Part shown: positions 8,522-17,800 of the stretch, piece after piece
Layout: the number at the start of each line of letters is the position of its first letter
Numbering within the stretch: the first letter of the stretch is position 1
IMG/VR virus record: IMGVR_UViG_3300029451_000002
Location: 1-64,000 of that record
Length of the DNA stretch: 64,000 nt
Origin: a virus
Strand: one strand, 5' to 3'
Notes under the pieces: model-generated
What the model was told of the DNA's origin: nothing
The model's database searches: none
What the model saw: only the letters and a program-made list of their open reading frames with translations
Program-made: the position numbers and the translations under genes

Positions 8522-9322
8522 TTGAGAAACTTAAAGATTAGTAAAATGGAAGCAAATGATTATTTGAAAGCCATGCAAGCTATGGACGAATTGGATAGAC
8601 TTGTAACTAGTGTTTATCCGGATAAGTTCAAGTTGGTCTGCAAGAAGCATGGAATAGATGAATGCGAGGCGATGAACATGTATTCGTACTTGCAAAAGAT
8701 GCATAAAGGTCAGTCTTGGTTAGTTAGATACAAGCCATTGGAATATCTAGAGCGTGTATTAACACTAGCCAAAGAAGCTTATGCGTCTTACATGAACAAC
8801 GGCTTGATTCTAAGTATGGTCAATTTTGGTGATAAGTACACAAGAATACTTGTAATATTTGAGAAAGATGGCGTAAGAAGCCAACAAGAATTTGACCTTA
8901 GAGAGCAAAGAACATATGTTGATATAGCGGACTTTATTGGAAATGGTTACTCCATCGTATCTGTTATCCGTCAGTCTGACAATGTTGATAGCGAAAAATT
9001 TGTTGGAGAAAAGGATGAGCGAAGTCATAGTATTCCTATTTACGATGGTGATGTAATGCTTTGTTACGTGAATAAACCGGAATTTTGGAGTTCCGATTGG
9101 CGTAATAGCGGACTTTATATTTGTGAGAACGGCTCATATTATAGATTGCTATACACCCCGAATAAGTGGTACGTAAGACATGGAGAGCCTGATGTAGATG
9201 AAGACTTCACCCTTGATATTGGGGAAGAATCCTTCAATAGTTATGTTATGACTTTAAGCCAGTCTTGGTATAAGTTGGGTAATGTTCATGCAGGTATAGG
9301 CTTTTTGAAGGAGAAAGAATAG
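8522..9322 (+). CDS. hypothetical protein (266 aa)
   Basis: Long ORF. Confidence 0.5.
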   Translation: MRNLKISKMEANDYLKAMQAMDELDRLVTSVYPDKFKLVCKKHGIDECEAMNMYSYLQKMHKGQSWLVRYKPLEYLERVLTLAKEAYASYMNNGLILSMVNFGDKYTRILVIFEKDGVRSQQEFDLREQRTYVDIADFIGNGYSIVSVIRQSDNVDSEKFVGEKDERSHSIPIYDGDVMLCYVNKPEFWSSDWRNSGLYICENGSYYRLLYTPNKWYVRHGEPDVDEDFTLDIGEESFNSYVMTLSQSWYKLGNVHAGIGFLKEKE

Positions 9323-9326
9323 AAGA

Positions 9327-9352
9327 GTAAAAGGAGAGGAATATCATTTCCC
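9327..9352. terminator. Bidirectional hairpin terminator between convergent genes
   Basis: aaaggagagg...cccctccttt inverted repeat. Confidence 0.45.
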
Positions 9353-9610
9353 CTCCTTTGCCCTAATCTCCAGCTCGATAGGCTTGCCGCAATGGGGGCA
9401 GATGATAGCCGGATGCGATAAGGTTTCACCATCAATAGCAAGGAAACTAGATGGCGAGCAACCACAAATACTAGCTATTTGTTCTACTTTCGCAAATGAA
9501 ATTGAGCCATTATTGATTTGTTGCGATAAAGCTGATTGGGTAATACCTAACTTTTCTGCTACAGATGAAATGGTTTGCCCATGACTCCTAATTATTTTCT
9601 TTAAGTCCAT
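9344..9610 (-). CDS. HTH transcriptional regulator with C-terminal zinc ribbon (repressor-like), left copy
   Basis: GQTISSVAEKLGITQSALSQ helix-turn-helix; CPHCG motif; paralog of 15965..16270. Confidence 0.6.
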   Translation of the reverse strand: MDLKKIIRSHGQTISSVAEKLGITQSALSQQINNGSISFAKVEQIASICGCSPSSFLAIDGETLSHPAIICPHCGKPIELEIRAKEGK

Positions 9611-9644
9611 ACCTTATTATATATAAGTGAATACTAATATTTAT

Positions 9645-9825
9645 TATGCTGCAAAGATAGCTTATTTTTTTTTAACTGCCAAAGAAAAAGAGTTAAATAT
9701 TAGAATTAGCTAATAATTAGTGAATAAATGTTTAGAAATAGCTTATAAGTGTTAAATAAGTGATAATATTAGAAATTTCTTATAGAAATATTTGGTAATA
9801 TTAGAAAAAACTACTATCTTTGCAA
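9645..9825. promoter_or_regulatory. Divergent promoter region (minus-strand TATCTTTG at 9652-9659; plus-strand at 9815-9822)
   Basis: Two opposed TAnnTTTG boxes in an AT-rich gap. Confidence 0.55.
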
Positions 9826-9910
9826 TGTCTTTAAGAGATAAAGGCTTTAAAGTTTAACTATTAATTGCTGCTATGCAGCCGAGTCGGCACTCGTAAAACG
9901 GTTTGAGGAT

Positions 9911-10249
9911 ATGACTACTTCAATTAAGAACAAGATGAGAAAGGTAATGCAGTTAGCACATAGAGCCTATCAGTTGAAATCAAGTTCAATGTCTTGGGTT
10001 GAGTGCTTGAAACAGGCTTGGCAGGTTGTAAAGCTTGAGTCAGCGATGAAGACCAAGGTAGTAGAGTTCTTCTTTATGAAGATGAATGGTGAGGTAAGAC
10101 AAGCCTTTGGTACTCTCCTTCAGAGCCACATTGACTATACTCCAAATGGTACAGGGCATGCAGCATCAAGAGATTGCATCCGCTATTGGGATGAAGCAAA
10201 GGGCGCATGGAGACAATTCAAGGCTTACAACTTCTTGCGAGTTGCATAA
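9911..10249 (+). CDS. hypothetical protein, paralog A
   Basis: About 65% identical to 15109..15444(-). Confidence 0.55.
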   Translation: MTTSIKNKMRKVMQLAHRAYQLKSSSMSWVECLKQAWQVVKLESAMKTKVVEFFFMKMNGEVRQAFGTLLQSHIDYTPNGTGHAASRDCIRYWDEAKGAWRQFKAYNFLRVA

Positions 10250-10343
10250 AGATATATTCACGTTCTAAGGTGTTTGGCGAGGCTTAATAGGGGGTGTGCC
10301 TTTAAACACCCCTTTAGTTTAGGACTTTTAAAGTATTTGAGAT

Positions 10344-10592
10344 ATGGAGACAATTGCTAAGTGTTTGAAAGAAGTGTTCTACAAAGGGCATCATATTACC
10401 AAGGTGGAGGACGTATTCGGTCAGGTTGCCGTTCGCATTGATAATGTTGTTGAACCAGACTATGCTAGCATAGCCGATGCAAAACGAGTAATCAATGGTA
10501 AAGCCCCTAAGTGGTTTAATGATGGCTATATGTGGGACGAAGCCAGCAAGAAGGTCGTAAAAGACCCTAACGCTTTCCGATGGGAGGAGTAA
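10344..10592 (+). CDS. hypothetical protein
   Basis: ATG ORF. Confidence 0.45.
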   Translation: METIAKCLKEVFYKGHHITKVEDVFGQVAVRIDNVVEPDYASIADAKRVINGKAPKWFNDGYMWDEASKKVVKDPNAFRWEE

Positions 10593-10891
10593 GAAAAGAT
10601 AAGGTAAAGAACTTAATACAATTGATTATGGAAAAGTTTAATGATGGCAATTATGTATTCGAGATAACAAACGAGTTTCCGGATGGCTATGAGATTTGGG
10701 CGATTGGTCGAAGAAATTTCAAGCACAAAGGCTACGTACCATTGTGTGAGGTCGATGAGAGCCGCTACGTCAAAAGAGATACCTTGAAGGCTTTGAAAGT
10801 CAAGGATGAAGCATTAGCTTTGACTTTGCTCTATGAAGCCGTTAAACGAGGTGTTAATAAGAAGAAGTATAACAAAATGATTAATGCATAA
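10580..10891 (+). CDS. hypothetical protein
   Basis: ATG ORF. Confidence 0.45.
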   Translation: MGGVRKDKVKNLIQLIMEKFNDGNYVFEITNEFPDGYEIWAIGRRNFKHKGYVPLCEVDESRYVKRDTLKALKVKDEALALTLLYEAVKRGVNKKKYNKMINA

Positions 10892-11192
10892 GAAAATGGA
10901 TGAGAATTTTCTGAATGTGCTCTATATCGAGCATACAGATAAAATAGGCGTTCTAAAGGACGATAAGGAAGAAAGGGTATCAATTATCCTTGGGACGGAC
11001 AAAACGCTTGTAAAACGCAAAAGAGAGGGCAAAACGTACTTTCTTGTACCATTGACAAAGAACCATACTTTCAAGTGCAATGGCGATAGCTTGGAGGTTG
11101 ATGGCAAGATTATCCCTAGCAAGGTATTTTTCCGCAAGGATGCTTGCCAATGGATTGAGATTGATGAAGAAACATTATCTAAGGTTGCGTAA
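10884..11192 (+). CDS. hypothetical protein, paralog B
   Basis: Paralog of 14416..14787(-) (shared LYIEH.DKIGVL...FFRKDACQWI). Confidence 0.55.
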   Translation: MHKKMDENFLNVLYIEHTDKIGVLKDDKEERVSIILGTDKTLVKRKREGKTYFLVPLTKNHTFKCNGDSLEVDGKIIPSKVFFRKDACQWIEIDEETLSKVA

Positions 11193-11211
11193 TAAATAAG
11201 GAGTTTAAGCT

Positions 11212-11469
11212 ATGAAAGTATATGTAGTAATTTCTTCATACCAACATGGATTAGGTGAAGCTGTAGAAACTGATGCAGAAGTCTTCGATACCAGAGATAA
11301 GGCTAGAAAGGCGATAAGGCACAAAGGAATGAACACTTTGGAGAATTACAAGCGAGTTTTGAATTGCGATGATTATCTATACAATATCTCAGATTCTTTC
11401 TTTCATATCTCAGACAGCGAAGGAGAGACGTGGGATAATTTTGATATTGTAGAACGAGAAGTAAAGTAA
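11212..11469 (+). CDS. hypothetical protein
   Basis: ATG ORF. Confidence 0.45.
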   Translation: MKVYVVISSYQHGLGEAVETDAEVFDTRDKARKAIRHKGMNTLENYKRVLNCDDYLYNISDSFFHISDSEGETWDNFDIVEREVK

Positions 11470-11476
11470 TAAGACT

Positions 11477-11722
11477 ATGGATATTAAGATTATCAAAGAC
11501 ATCTTAGATGATGCAAAGGAGTGCGGTTGCATTGCAGGAATTTCACTCTCTAATGGGCAGTTAACTCATGCAAACTTTAGCAAATCAAAGTTATTTGATT
11601 TTACTGCCGATGTTCTTTATAACAAAAAAAAGCATTTGATAACTATACTTGGTGAGAACGGAAACAGAGATTACATTGATAGTGACTCTATCATACGTAT
11701 CTTTATTAGAGAAGGTGTTTAA
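11477..11722 (+). CDS. hypothetical protein
   Basis: ATG ORF; weak similarity to the next ORF. Confidence 0.4.
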   Translation: MDIKIIKDILDDAKECGCIAGISLSNGQLTHANFSKSKLFDFTADVLYNKKKHLITILGENGNRDYIDSDSIIRIFIREGV

Positions 11723-11741
11723 CAATTGATTAGATAAGAAT

Positions 11742-11990
11742 ATGGATGCAGGTCATGTGAATGTGATATTGGGCGAAGCCCAGGATAAAGGTCTTAGAGG
11801 AAATATCAACTTGGTAGGTGGAGCAAAGATAAGTTTCGACTTTAATAGTGTTGGTGGTGAAACCTCTTTCAATTGCAATACAAAGAACAGAACACTTATG
11901 ATTGGGAGTGGAAGTACAGTAGTGTTTACACGTAAATATATTGATTGCAACTCTATCCAGTATATTGAAGTGCTTGAACGTACAAACTAA
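11742..11990 (+). CDS. hypothetical protein
   Basis: ATG ORF. Confidence 0.4.
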   Translation: MDAGHVNVILGEAQDKGLRGNINLVGGAKISFDFNSVGGETSFNCNTKNRTLMIGSGSTVVFTRKYIDCNSIQYIEVLERTN

Positions 11991-12007
11991 TTATAGGAGA
12001 CAAGAAT

Positions 12008-12292
12008 ATGAATATACTAGACTATTATGAGGTTGTCACCTCAAAGATTTTCAAGTTGGAAAGCATTAACGAGGGGCTTGTATTAATAGCACCGGAGCAG
12101 GAGGTGGATGGAGTCCGTTCCTTGATGGTGGGATTATATGTTCCTGAGCATGAACGATACAAGATATATACTTTCCGTTCATCTATGAACGAGGGCGAAC
12201 TTGGCGACAAGTACAAGGCGATGGTCGGCACGATGGATGTGCTTAAACCGGATTGGGACAGAATCAGAAAGAAAAGACGGAAGAGGATCTAA
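12008..12292 (+). CDS. hypothetical protein
   Basis: ATG ORF. Confidence 0.45.
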   Translation: MNILDYYEVVTSKIFKLESINEGLVLIAPEQEVDGVRSLMVGLYVPEHERYKIYTFRSSMNEGELGDKYKAMVGTMDVLKPDWDRIRKKRRKRI

Positions 12293-12529
12293 CCTCTTAC
12301 CGCTTTTAGTTCTTGCTTAAATGCCATTTGACTTTCGTATGTAAGTACAGAAGAAACATAACTTGATGGTTTTTATCTGAATACATCAAGCAAAAGCGTG
12401 TTGAAATATCTGAGAATGCAAATTATTTCAAGATTATTTTTAGAAAATATGAAAATAAATTAGAGTTTTCTTGCATTTCACGAAGGTTTTTATTACCTTT
12501 GCGAATGTAAACATCAAAACAATGAGCTT

Positions 12530-12934
12530 ATGAAAGTATTATCAATTCGTCAGCCGTATGCTTGGTTAATCGCTATCGGCTGCAAGACCATTGAAAACAG
12601 AACATGGAATAGAAAGTTCCGTGGTCGTTTCCTTATTCATGCTAGCCAAGCCAAACCCGAAAAACTTGACGGATGGCAAGAGAGCGCAATGAAGAAATAT
12701 TGCCAAGAGCATGGTATTGTTATTCCAGACTTCAAAGACTTGCCAACGTCAGCCATTATCGGCAGCGTAGAGTTGGATGATATTCAGTATCATGAGGCTT
12801 ATCCGGATGCATTTGCTGAAGATTTCCAATATCATTGGTTCTTGAAGAATGCTAAATTGTTCGATGAGCCGATTAGAAACGTCAAAGGCAAGTTGTTCCT
12901 CTGGGATTATGAGTACAATGAAGCCGAAATGTAA
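12530..12934 (+). CDS. ASCH-domain (PUA-like) protein
   Basis: IRQPYAWLIAIGCKTIENRTW...GRFLIHAS matches the ASCH signature; own promoter (tacctttg) upstream. Confidence 0.55.
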   Translation: MKVLSIRQPYAWLIAIGCKTIENRTWNRKFRGRFLIHASQAKPEKLDGWQESAMKKYCQEHGIVIPDFKDLPTSAIIGSVELDDIQYHEAYPDAFAEDFQYHWFLKNAKLFDEPIRNVKGKLFLWDYEYNEAEM

Positions 12935-13076
12935 AATAACAATACTTTTGTAATAAAAATACAAGTCGTTGAAAATTAGCGCAAAAGTCTTTGTTGTTCT
13001 AAGTGTTAGATAAGAAGTAAATGTAAAAATAAAGAAAGCCTCAACCTCCAACGAGATTGGGGCTTTTACAGTTGTC

Positions 13077-13955
13077 CTAGTGTGTCTCACCGAATCCGAA
13101 CAAGTCGGTCTGCTTGTTGGTTTTAGCTAGGAACTTGTTTACGAAGTAGATTTGTCCCTTTGGAGTTATCAACGTTGTGCTGCCTTGTTTCAACTCCCCA
13201 TTTTTACCTGTAAACACACTATGGCTAATGAAAAAATAACCGCTGTTCACATATTGTTGGTTCGGAACATTCTTATGTGTTTTGTTCTTGCCCAAATAGC
13301 CATTGTCTCGCAACCAAGCGAAAAGCTGCTTTTCACCTATCTTGTAGCCATTCTGAGTGATAATCTTCGCCAAGTGGTCAACGTAGATATTGCTATTCGT
13401 ACACCCAACCATAGCCTTGCCAAAGATGGTGTAAGGCTCGTCCTTGCGCTTCTCATCCTTTAGCTGGTCGTTTTCTATCTGTTTTTGCTCCAACATCAAG
13501 GTCTGTTTCTTGTTAGTCTCAACCAAGGCTTGCTTCTCCTCCTCAGACTTAACCAAGGACTTCAAGGCTTCCAAGTAATTGCGAGGAACATCTTGTTTGC
13601 TCGCCTCGATTTCCTTCTTCATCTTGTTAAATGCGGCTATGTACTTCAACTTGAACTCCATAGCCTTACTACCAGTAAAGCCCATAGCCAAAAGCGTAAA
13701 GCCATCTTGGTTCATAACGTACATTGGAACTTTCTTTACTCCACCACCAAAAGGCATTGGCTGTTCAACCTCAATAAGCTTAAACATACTCGCAAGTTCT
13801 TGATTTTCAACGAGAGCCGAATTTTCGGCTTTCGTACCAACCAAGCTGCGAATTGCGTCTAACACATGCTTATGTTCCTTACCAAACACTTCTGCGACCA
13901 ATTTACTATTTGTAAGGGGCTGATCACTTTCACCTCTGAATACTAATTCTGTCAT
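13077..13955 (-). CDS. Phage antirepressor, Rha N-terminal domain plus KilA-C C-terminal domain
   Basis: N-terminal LTNSKLVAEVFGKEHKHVLDAIRSL (Rha); C-terminal LAKIITQNGYKIGEKQLFAWLRDNGYL (KilAC); minus-strand TAACTTTG box at about 14196-14203. Confidence 0.6.
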   Translation of the reverse strand: MTELVFRGESDQPLTNSKLVAEVFGKEHKHVLDAIRSLVGTKAENSALVENQELASMFKLIEVEQPMPFGGGVKKVPMYVMNQDGFTLLAMGFTGSKAMEFKLKYIAAFNKMKKEIEASKQDVPRNYLEALKSLVKSEEEKQALVETNKKQTLMLEQKQIENDQLKDEKRKDEPYTIFGKAMVGCTNSNIYVDHLAKIITQNGYKIGEKQLFAWLRDNGYLGKNKTHKNVPNQQYVNSGYFFISHSVFTGKNGELKQGSTTLITPKGQIYFVNKFLAKTNKQTDLFGFGETH

Positions 13956-14415
13956 TTCTTTATTCTATTTATAATTAAAATTAAACTTTGGTCGTAAGGA
14001 AAAACGGAAAAGCCTCATCCGTCATATTGTAAGAGTGGACGGACAAGGCTTGTGTCATTCGCCCATTATATTGAGGCGATGGGCAGAATGACGATACTCC
14101 ACGCTTGGAGTGAAAATGAAAATATTTAATTTTAAATTATAATCTATATCCTTGTTGGTCGCACTCTTACCTTACAACCGTTATCATTTTCGGTTGCAAA
14201 GTTAATGCTTTTCTCTTTAACTTGCAAACGTTTTAGTGTTTTATCCAAAACCTTAACGTTTGTTTTACTTTGGAGGACTTCTGCCCTCGCCAGCACGACC
14301 AGCTATCGTGGCACGTTGTTGCACATTACTTCTTCTTTCCATTGCTCACGGAATTTAATAGTTAAACATCAAAGATAATGTGCAGTTGTTCAGGTGTGCC
14401 TCACCTTGTATATTG

Positions 14416-14715
14416 TTACGCTACCATTGATAGCATTTCATTAGATTGCATCTGAATCCATTGACAAGCATCCTTGCGGAAAAAGATGTCAGAATCGAAC
14501 CGCTTGCCATCCACAATGATGTGGCTACCCTTGCACTCGAACTTGTGGTTTCGGGTCAATGGTATCAAAAGGTATGTATCACCCTCTTTCTTGTCGTACA
14601 CAAGCGTCAAATCCGTGCCGATAACCTGTGATACCACCTTGCGCTCATCTGAGCTTAAAACGCCAATCTTGCCATCATGCTCAACGTAAAGAGCATCCAT
14701 CAAATTCTTATCCAT
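14416..14715 (-). CDS. hypothetical protein, paralog B' (the track ORF extends to 14787 from an alternative start)
   Basis: Aligns to 10884..11192 from MDKNLMDALYVEH; leader-like GTGAGGCACAC at 14754-14764 lies upstream of this Met. Confidence 0.5.
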   Translation of the reverse strand: MDKNLMDALYVEHDGKIGVLSSDERKVVSQVIGTDLTLVYDKKEGDTYLLIPLTRNHKFECKGSHIIVDGKRFDSDIFFRKDACQWIQMQSNEMLSMVA

Positions 14716-14776
14716 ATCTCTTAAATGTTTAATGTTCAAAGTCCGGTGCAGTTTAGCGTGTGCCTCACGAAATCTA

Positions 14777-15076
14777 TTACAAATCACACTCGTATGAGTA
14801 TTGCTTTTTCAGCTTGTTCAATGCGTTCTCGGTAACGTAGTAGATGTTATCGAAATATTCGCTTTTCTTGATGCTTCGGCTTTCCTTCAGCTCTACCTTG
14901 TGATTGAATGTCACTTCGTAGCGGTTTGCGATGCTTGTAATCAAGAAATCGACCTCACGCTTATGTCTGTCCAGATCGGTCTCTTTATACTCACCACGCT
15001 TGATAAATGCGTCCTTGTTCGTCTCTTCGATGGTTGCAACCATGTTGCCTTGCATCACTATAATCTTTGCGCTCAT
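14777..15076 (-). CDS. hypothetical protein
   Basis: ATG ORF in the minus operon. Confidence 0.45.
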   Translation of the reverse strand: MSAKIIVMQGNMVATIEETNKDAFIKRGEYKETDLDRHKREVDFLITSIANRYEVTFNHKVELKESRSIKKSEYFDNIYYVTENALNKLKKQYSYECDL

Positions 15077-15108
15077 ATCTAGTTTCTTTTTAAATCGTTA
15101 GAAATCTG

Positions 15109-15444
15109 TTATGCAACTCTAATCAAGTTGTAGTTCTTGAATTGTCTCCACTCGCCCTTGACTTCATCCCAGTACTTGGTGCAGTCCTTGCAAGCGTAAC
15201 CCTTGCCGTTTGGAGTGTAGTCAATGTGACTCTCCATCAAAGTGCCGAAAGCCTGACGAATCTTACCATTCATCTTCTGAAAGTAAAACTCAACGACCTG
15301 CTTCTTCATGCGAGCCTTCAGCTTGATTACCTGCCAAGCTTGCTTCAAGCATTCTGTCCAACTCATGTAAGCACCCTTAAGCTGAAATGCTCTGTGAGCC
15401 ATATTCATTACTTCTCTCATCATATTCTTAAATGTAGTAGCCAT
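15109..15444 (-). CDS. hypothetical protein, paralog A'
   Basis: Paralog of 9911..10249. Confidence 0.55.
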   Translation of the reverse strand: MATTFKNMMREVMNMAHRAFQLKGAYMSWTECLKQAWQVIKLKARMKKQVVEFYFQKMNGKIRQAFGTLMESHIDYTPNGKGYACKDCTKYWDEVKGEWRQFKNYNLIRVA

Positions 15445-15478
15445 AATCTTTCAATTTTAAACGTTAAACTTAAATTAC

Positions 15479-15661
15479 TTACTTTGCAAGTCCGATGCTC
15501 TCACGCAAGAAGCTCTTGGCCTCATCGTTGTTCATATTGAGCTTAGTTGTTATCATATTCAACATTCTATCAACGTCCTTTTGGGTGTTTATCCTGTTGC
15601 TTACGAACTCTATCATAACGAACTTCTGAATCAAGTTTCTTCTTATCATTGAAGTAGTCAT
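15479..15661 (-). CDS. small hypothetical protein
   Basis: First ORF after the minus-strand promoter. Confidence 0.35.
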   Translation of the reverse strand: MTTSMIRRNLIQKFVMIEFVSNRINTQKDVDRMLNMITTKLNMNNDEAKSFLRESIGLAK

Positions 15662-15744
15662 ATTGCTATACCGTTTTACGAGTGCCGACTCGGAGGTGCA
15701 ACCTCAGCTAAATTAATAATGTTATTGTGACCTTTCTTTCTTAA

Positions 15745-15925
15745 TCACGATGCAAAGATACTAAGTTTTATCCTAACTACCAAATATTTTATTAAGTTTT
15801 ATCCTAACTTTAACCTTCGTTTGCTGATTTAATATACAAATTAAGATATGTTTGCATTGTTAGGTTAAAAACTTAGTTTTTCATAATAAGTTTGGCAGTT
15901 TGCGAAAATATGTGTATCTTTGCAA
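15745..15925. promoter_or_regulatory. Divergent promoter region (minus-strand TATCTTTG at about 15753-15760; plus-strand at 15915-15922)
   Basis: Mirror image of the 9645-9825 region. Confidence 0.55.
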
Positions 15926-15964
15926 CATCAATAAATAAAGTTAGAACTTAATATATAATAAGGT

Positions 15965-16270
15965 ATGGATATACGAGGCATAATTAAACGAAAAGGCTTT
16001 ACGCTAACGTATGTAGCTGATAGGCTGACTAACAAAAAAGGTGGTAAGGGAGTATCTTTGCCATCCTTGATACAAACTATTGATGGGAATCCAACTGTCG
16101 CCAGTCTTCAGGAGATAGCAAGCATTATAGGTGTAACGCTTGCAGAACTAGTTTCCGAAGCTGATTGTTCAGATTTCATCGCCCTAATAAAACAAGGTGG
16201 TGAGTTGTATTCCGCATCGTCCATCGCTGAGGCTAGGGTCGTGTTGGATAAGTTGGAAAGTGTTAAGTAA
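15965..16270 (+). CDS. HTH transcriptional regulator (repressor-like), right copy
   Basis: Paralog of 9344..9610 (MD..II...G.T...VA..L...IASI.G). Confidence 0.55.
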   Translation: MDIRGIIKRKGFTLTYVADRLTNKKGGKGVSLPSLIQTIDGNPTVASLQEIASIIGVTLAELVSEADCSDFIALIKQGGELYSASSIAEARVVLDKLESVK

Positions 16271-16309
16271 CGTGGGGTGTTCCTCACAAGGTTCAATAAT
16301 TAAATAAAT

Positions 16310-17032
16310 GTGATTATGAAGAAGAAAGTGATAATTGCCATCATCGTAGCTATCGTTGTGATAGGTGGCGGAATTGGTGGCTACGTGTACCATTCCAACC
16401 AAGTTAAGGCTGAAAAAATGGCTAATTACAAGAAGGCGTTGTCTGATTATCGCTTCAATAGCAATAGACTAATATATTCTTTGGATTTCGTAGCAACGGA
16501 TTTTGTTATCAATTGGAACTCAGCCATAATGAATAAAAAGGCTATGAACGCAAAGAATGAAATAGTTCCTTGCTCTGATTTTGAAGATGCCGTTTCTTCT
16601 CGATATGCCTTCTATGATAAGTATGGTGCATATAAGATTTTGGATAGTGTGTATGTATCATTAGGAAAGCATTTGGAAAAGATGCGTGTAAATTCTAATG
16701 AAGACCAGCAAAAAATCGTGGAAAGCTGTAGTGATGAATACAAGGAGTTGAATAATGCTATTGTTCTTGTAAAAAAGCCTTATGGCGCATTGGTGCAATA
16801 TTCTAAACAGAAAGGAGACTTGTTCTTTAAACTTTATGCTTTTGATAGCGAATTGGCTAAAGTTTCCCCATTGGAAGAAGATAAGGGCGATGAGAGAACA
16901 AAAGCAATGAATATGGAATTATACGGAACGCATTTGTTTGTTACGGCTGACTTTGACAAAGAACCGCAAAAGGCAAAAAAGCAAAGTTATACGTTTAGTA
17001 ACATTTCAACAAATTGGGTTTATTTGAAATGA
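16310..17032 (+). CDS. membrane-anchored protein (N-terminal TM helix), function unknown
   Basis: KKKVIIAIIVAIVVIGGGIGGYVY hydrophobic anchor. Confidence 0.5.
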   Translation: MIMKKKVIIAIIVAIVVIGGGIGGYVYHSNQVKAEKMANYKKALSDYRFNSNRLIYSLDFVATDFVINWNSAIMNKKAMNAKNEIVPCSDFEDAVSSRYAFYDKYGAYKILDSVYVSLGKHLEKMRVNSNEDQQKIVESCSDEYKELNNAIVLVKKPYGALVQYSKQKGDLFFKLYAFDSELAKVSPLEEDKGDERTKAMNMELYGTHLFVTADFDKEPQKAKKQSYTFSNISTNWVYLK

Positions 17033-17119
17033 TACTTTTATTATAATAATAAGGTGTAATTTTAAAAATAGGTTTTTAAAAGGAAATAAAGTTTAAAAGA
17101 ATAAAGAAATACACTAATT

Positions 17120-17160
17120 AATTTGCTTGTTTCGGAAATTATGCTTACCTTTGCAAACGA
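17120..17160 (+). promoter_or_regulatory. Promoter (TACCTTTG at 17146-17153) for the short repeat-containing transcript
   Basis: -33 TTTG in atttgcttgtttcgg; -7 box TAccTTTG. Confidence 0.5.
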
Positions 17161-17287
17161 AATCAGAAATGGTTTTGTAGCTTCCATATTGCATTCTCTA
17201 CATTAGCGATATTGGTAGCTACGTTTATACATAAGGCAATAGCTTTATAAGCTAGAAGTCATTAAATGAAGTGCAGTGTACAACAGA

Positions 17288-17377
17288 AAAGTGGTGTGAA
17301 GTGTAGTGGAGTGCGGTGAAGTCTAGTGTAGTAGGGTAAAGTGCAGTATGGTATAGTAAAGTATAGTACAGTATAGT
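17288..17377 (+). repeat. Nine in-register tandem 10-bp repeats, consensus AGTRYRGTRN
   Basis: agtggtgtga agtgtagtgg agtgcggtga agtctagtgt agtagggtaa agtgcagtat ggtatagtaa agtatagtac agtatagtga; almost C-free on the plus strand. Confidence 0.85.
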
Positions 17378-17407
17378 GAGCCATCCTTCGGGGTGGCTCT
17401 TTTTTTG
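17378..17407 (+). terminator. Rho-independent terminator (gagccatcc-ttcg-gggtggctc plus T7)
   Basis: Perfect 9-bp stem followed by ttttttt. Confidence 0.75.
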
Positions 17408-17534
17408 TTAATTGAGGTTAATATAACAAAAAAGTTATCCTTTTATTTGCATATATAACAAAAAAGTTATATATTTGCATTGTCTTAAGGACAAAAGAGG
17501 TCTTTTACTTATTTATTAATTTCTTCTATTATAT

Positions 17535-17723
17535 ATGATGAAGACTAGTCAATTAGTGAGAAAGCTGACCCAAGCAGGTTGCTATGTGGTTCGGCATGGT
17601 GGTAATCACGACATTTGGTTTAGTCCAACAACAAAACTTAAATGTCCAGTGCCACGGCACGGCAGTCGTGAAGTTTCTCGAAAGACTTACGACAGTATTC
17701 TTGAAAGATTGCTTGGGCTTTAA
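17535..17723 (+). CDS. hicA: HicA-family mRNA-interferase toxin
   Basis: LVRKLTQAGCYVVRHGGNHDIWFSP...VPRHGSREVSRKTYDSILERLLGL aligns to E. coli HicA (GSNH..., PRH, LGL). Confidence 0.8.
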   Translation: MMKTSQLVRKLTQAGCYVVRHGGNHDIWFSPTTKLKCPVPRHGSREVSRKTYDSILERLLGL

Positions 17724-17800
17724 GCCCAGCAATTTTTCGCTTATATAGCAAGAAGTTGATATGAGTTTAAGACCTCTTTTTAAAGTTTAGAATCGGAATT

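Noticed and set aside
12301-12529. Possible attP/integration site or integrase nearby, given the repressor and antirepressor genes
   Set aside because: No integrase or recombinase ORF and no tRNA-derived attachment repeat anywhere in the window.
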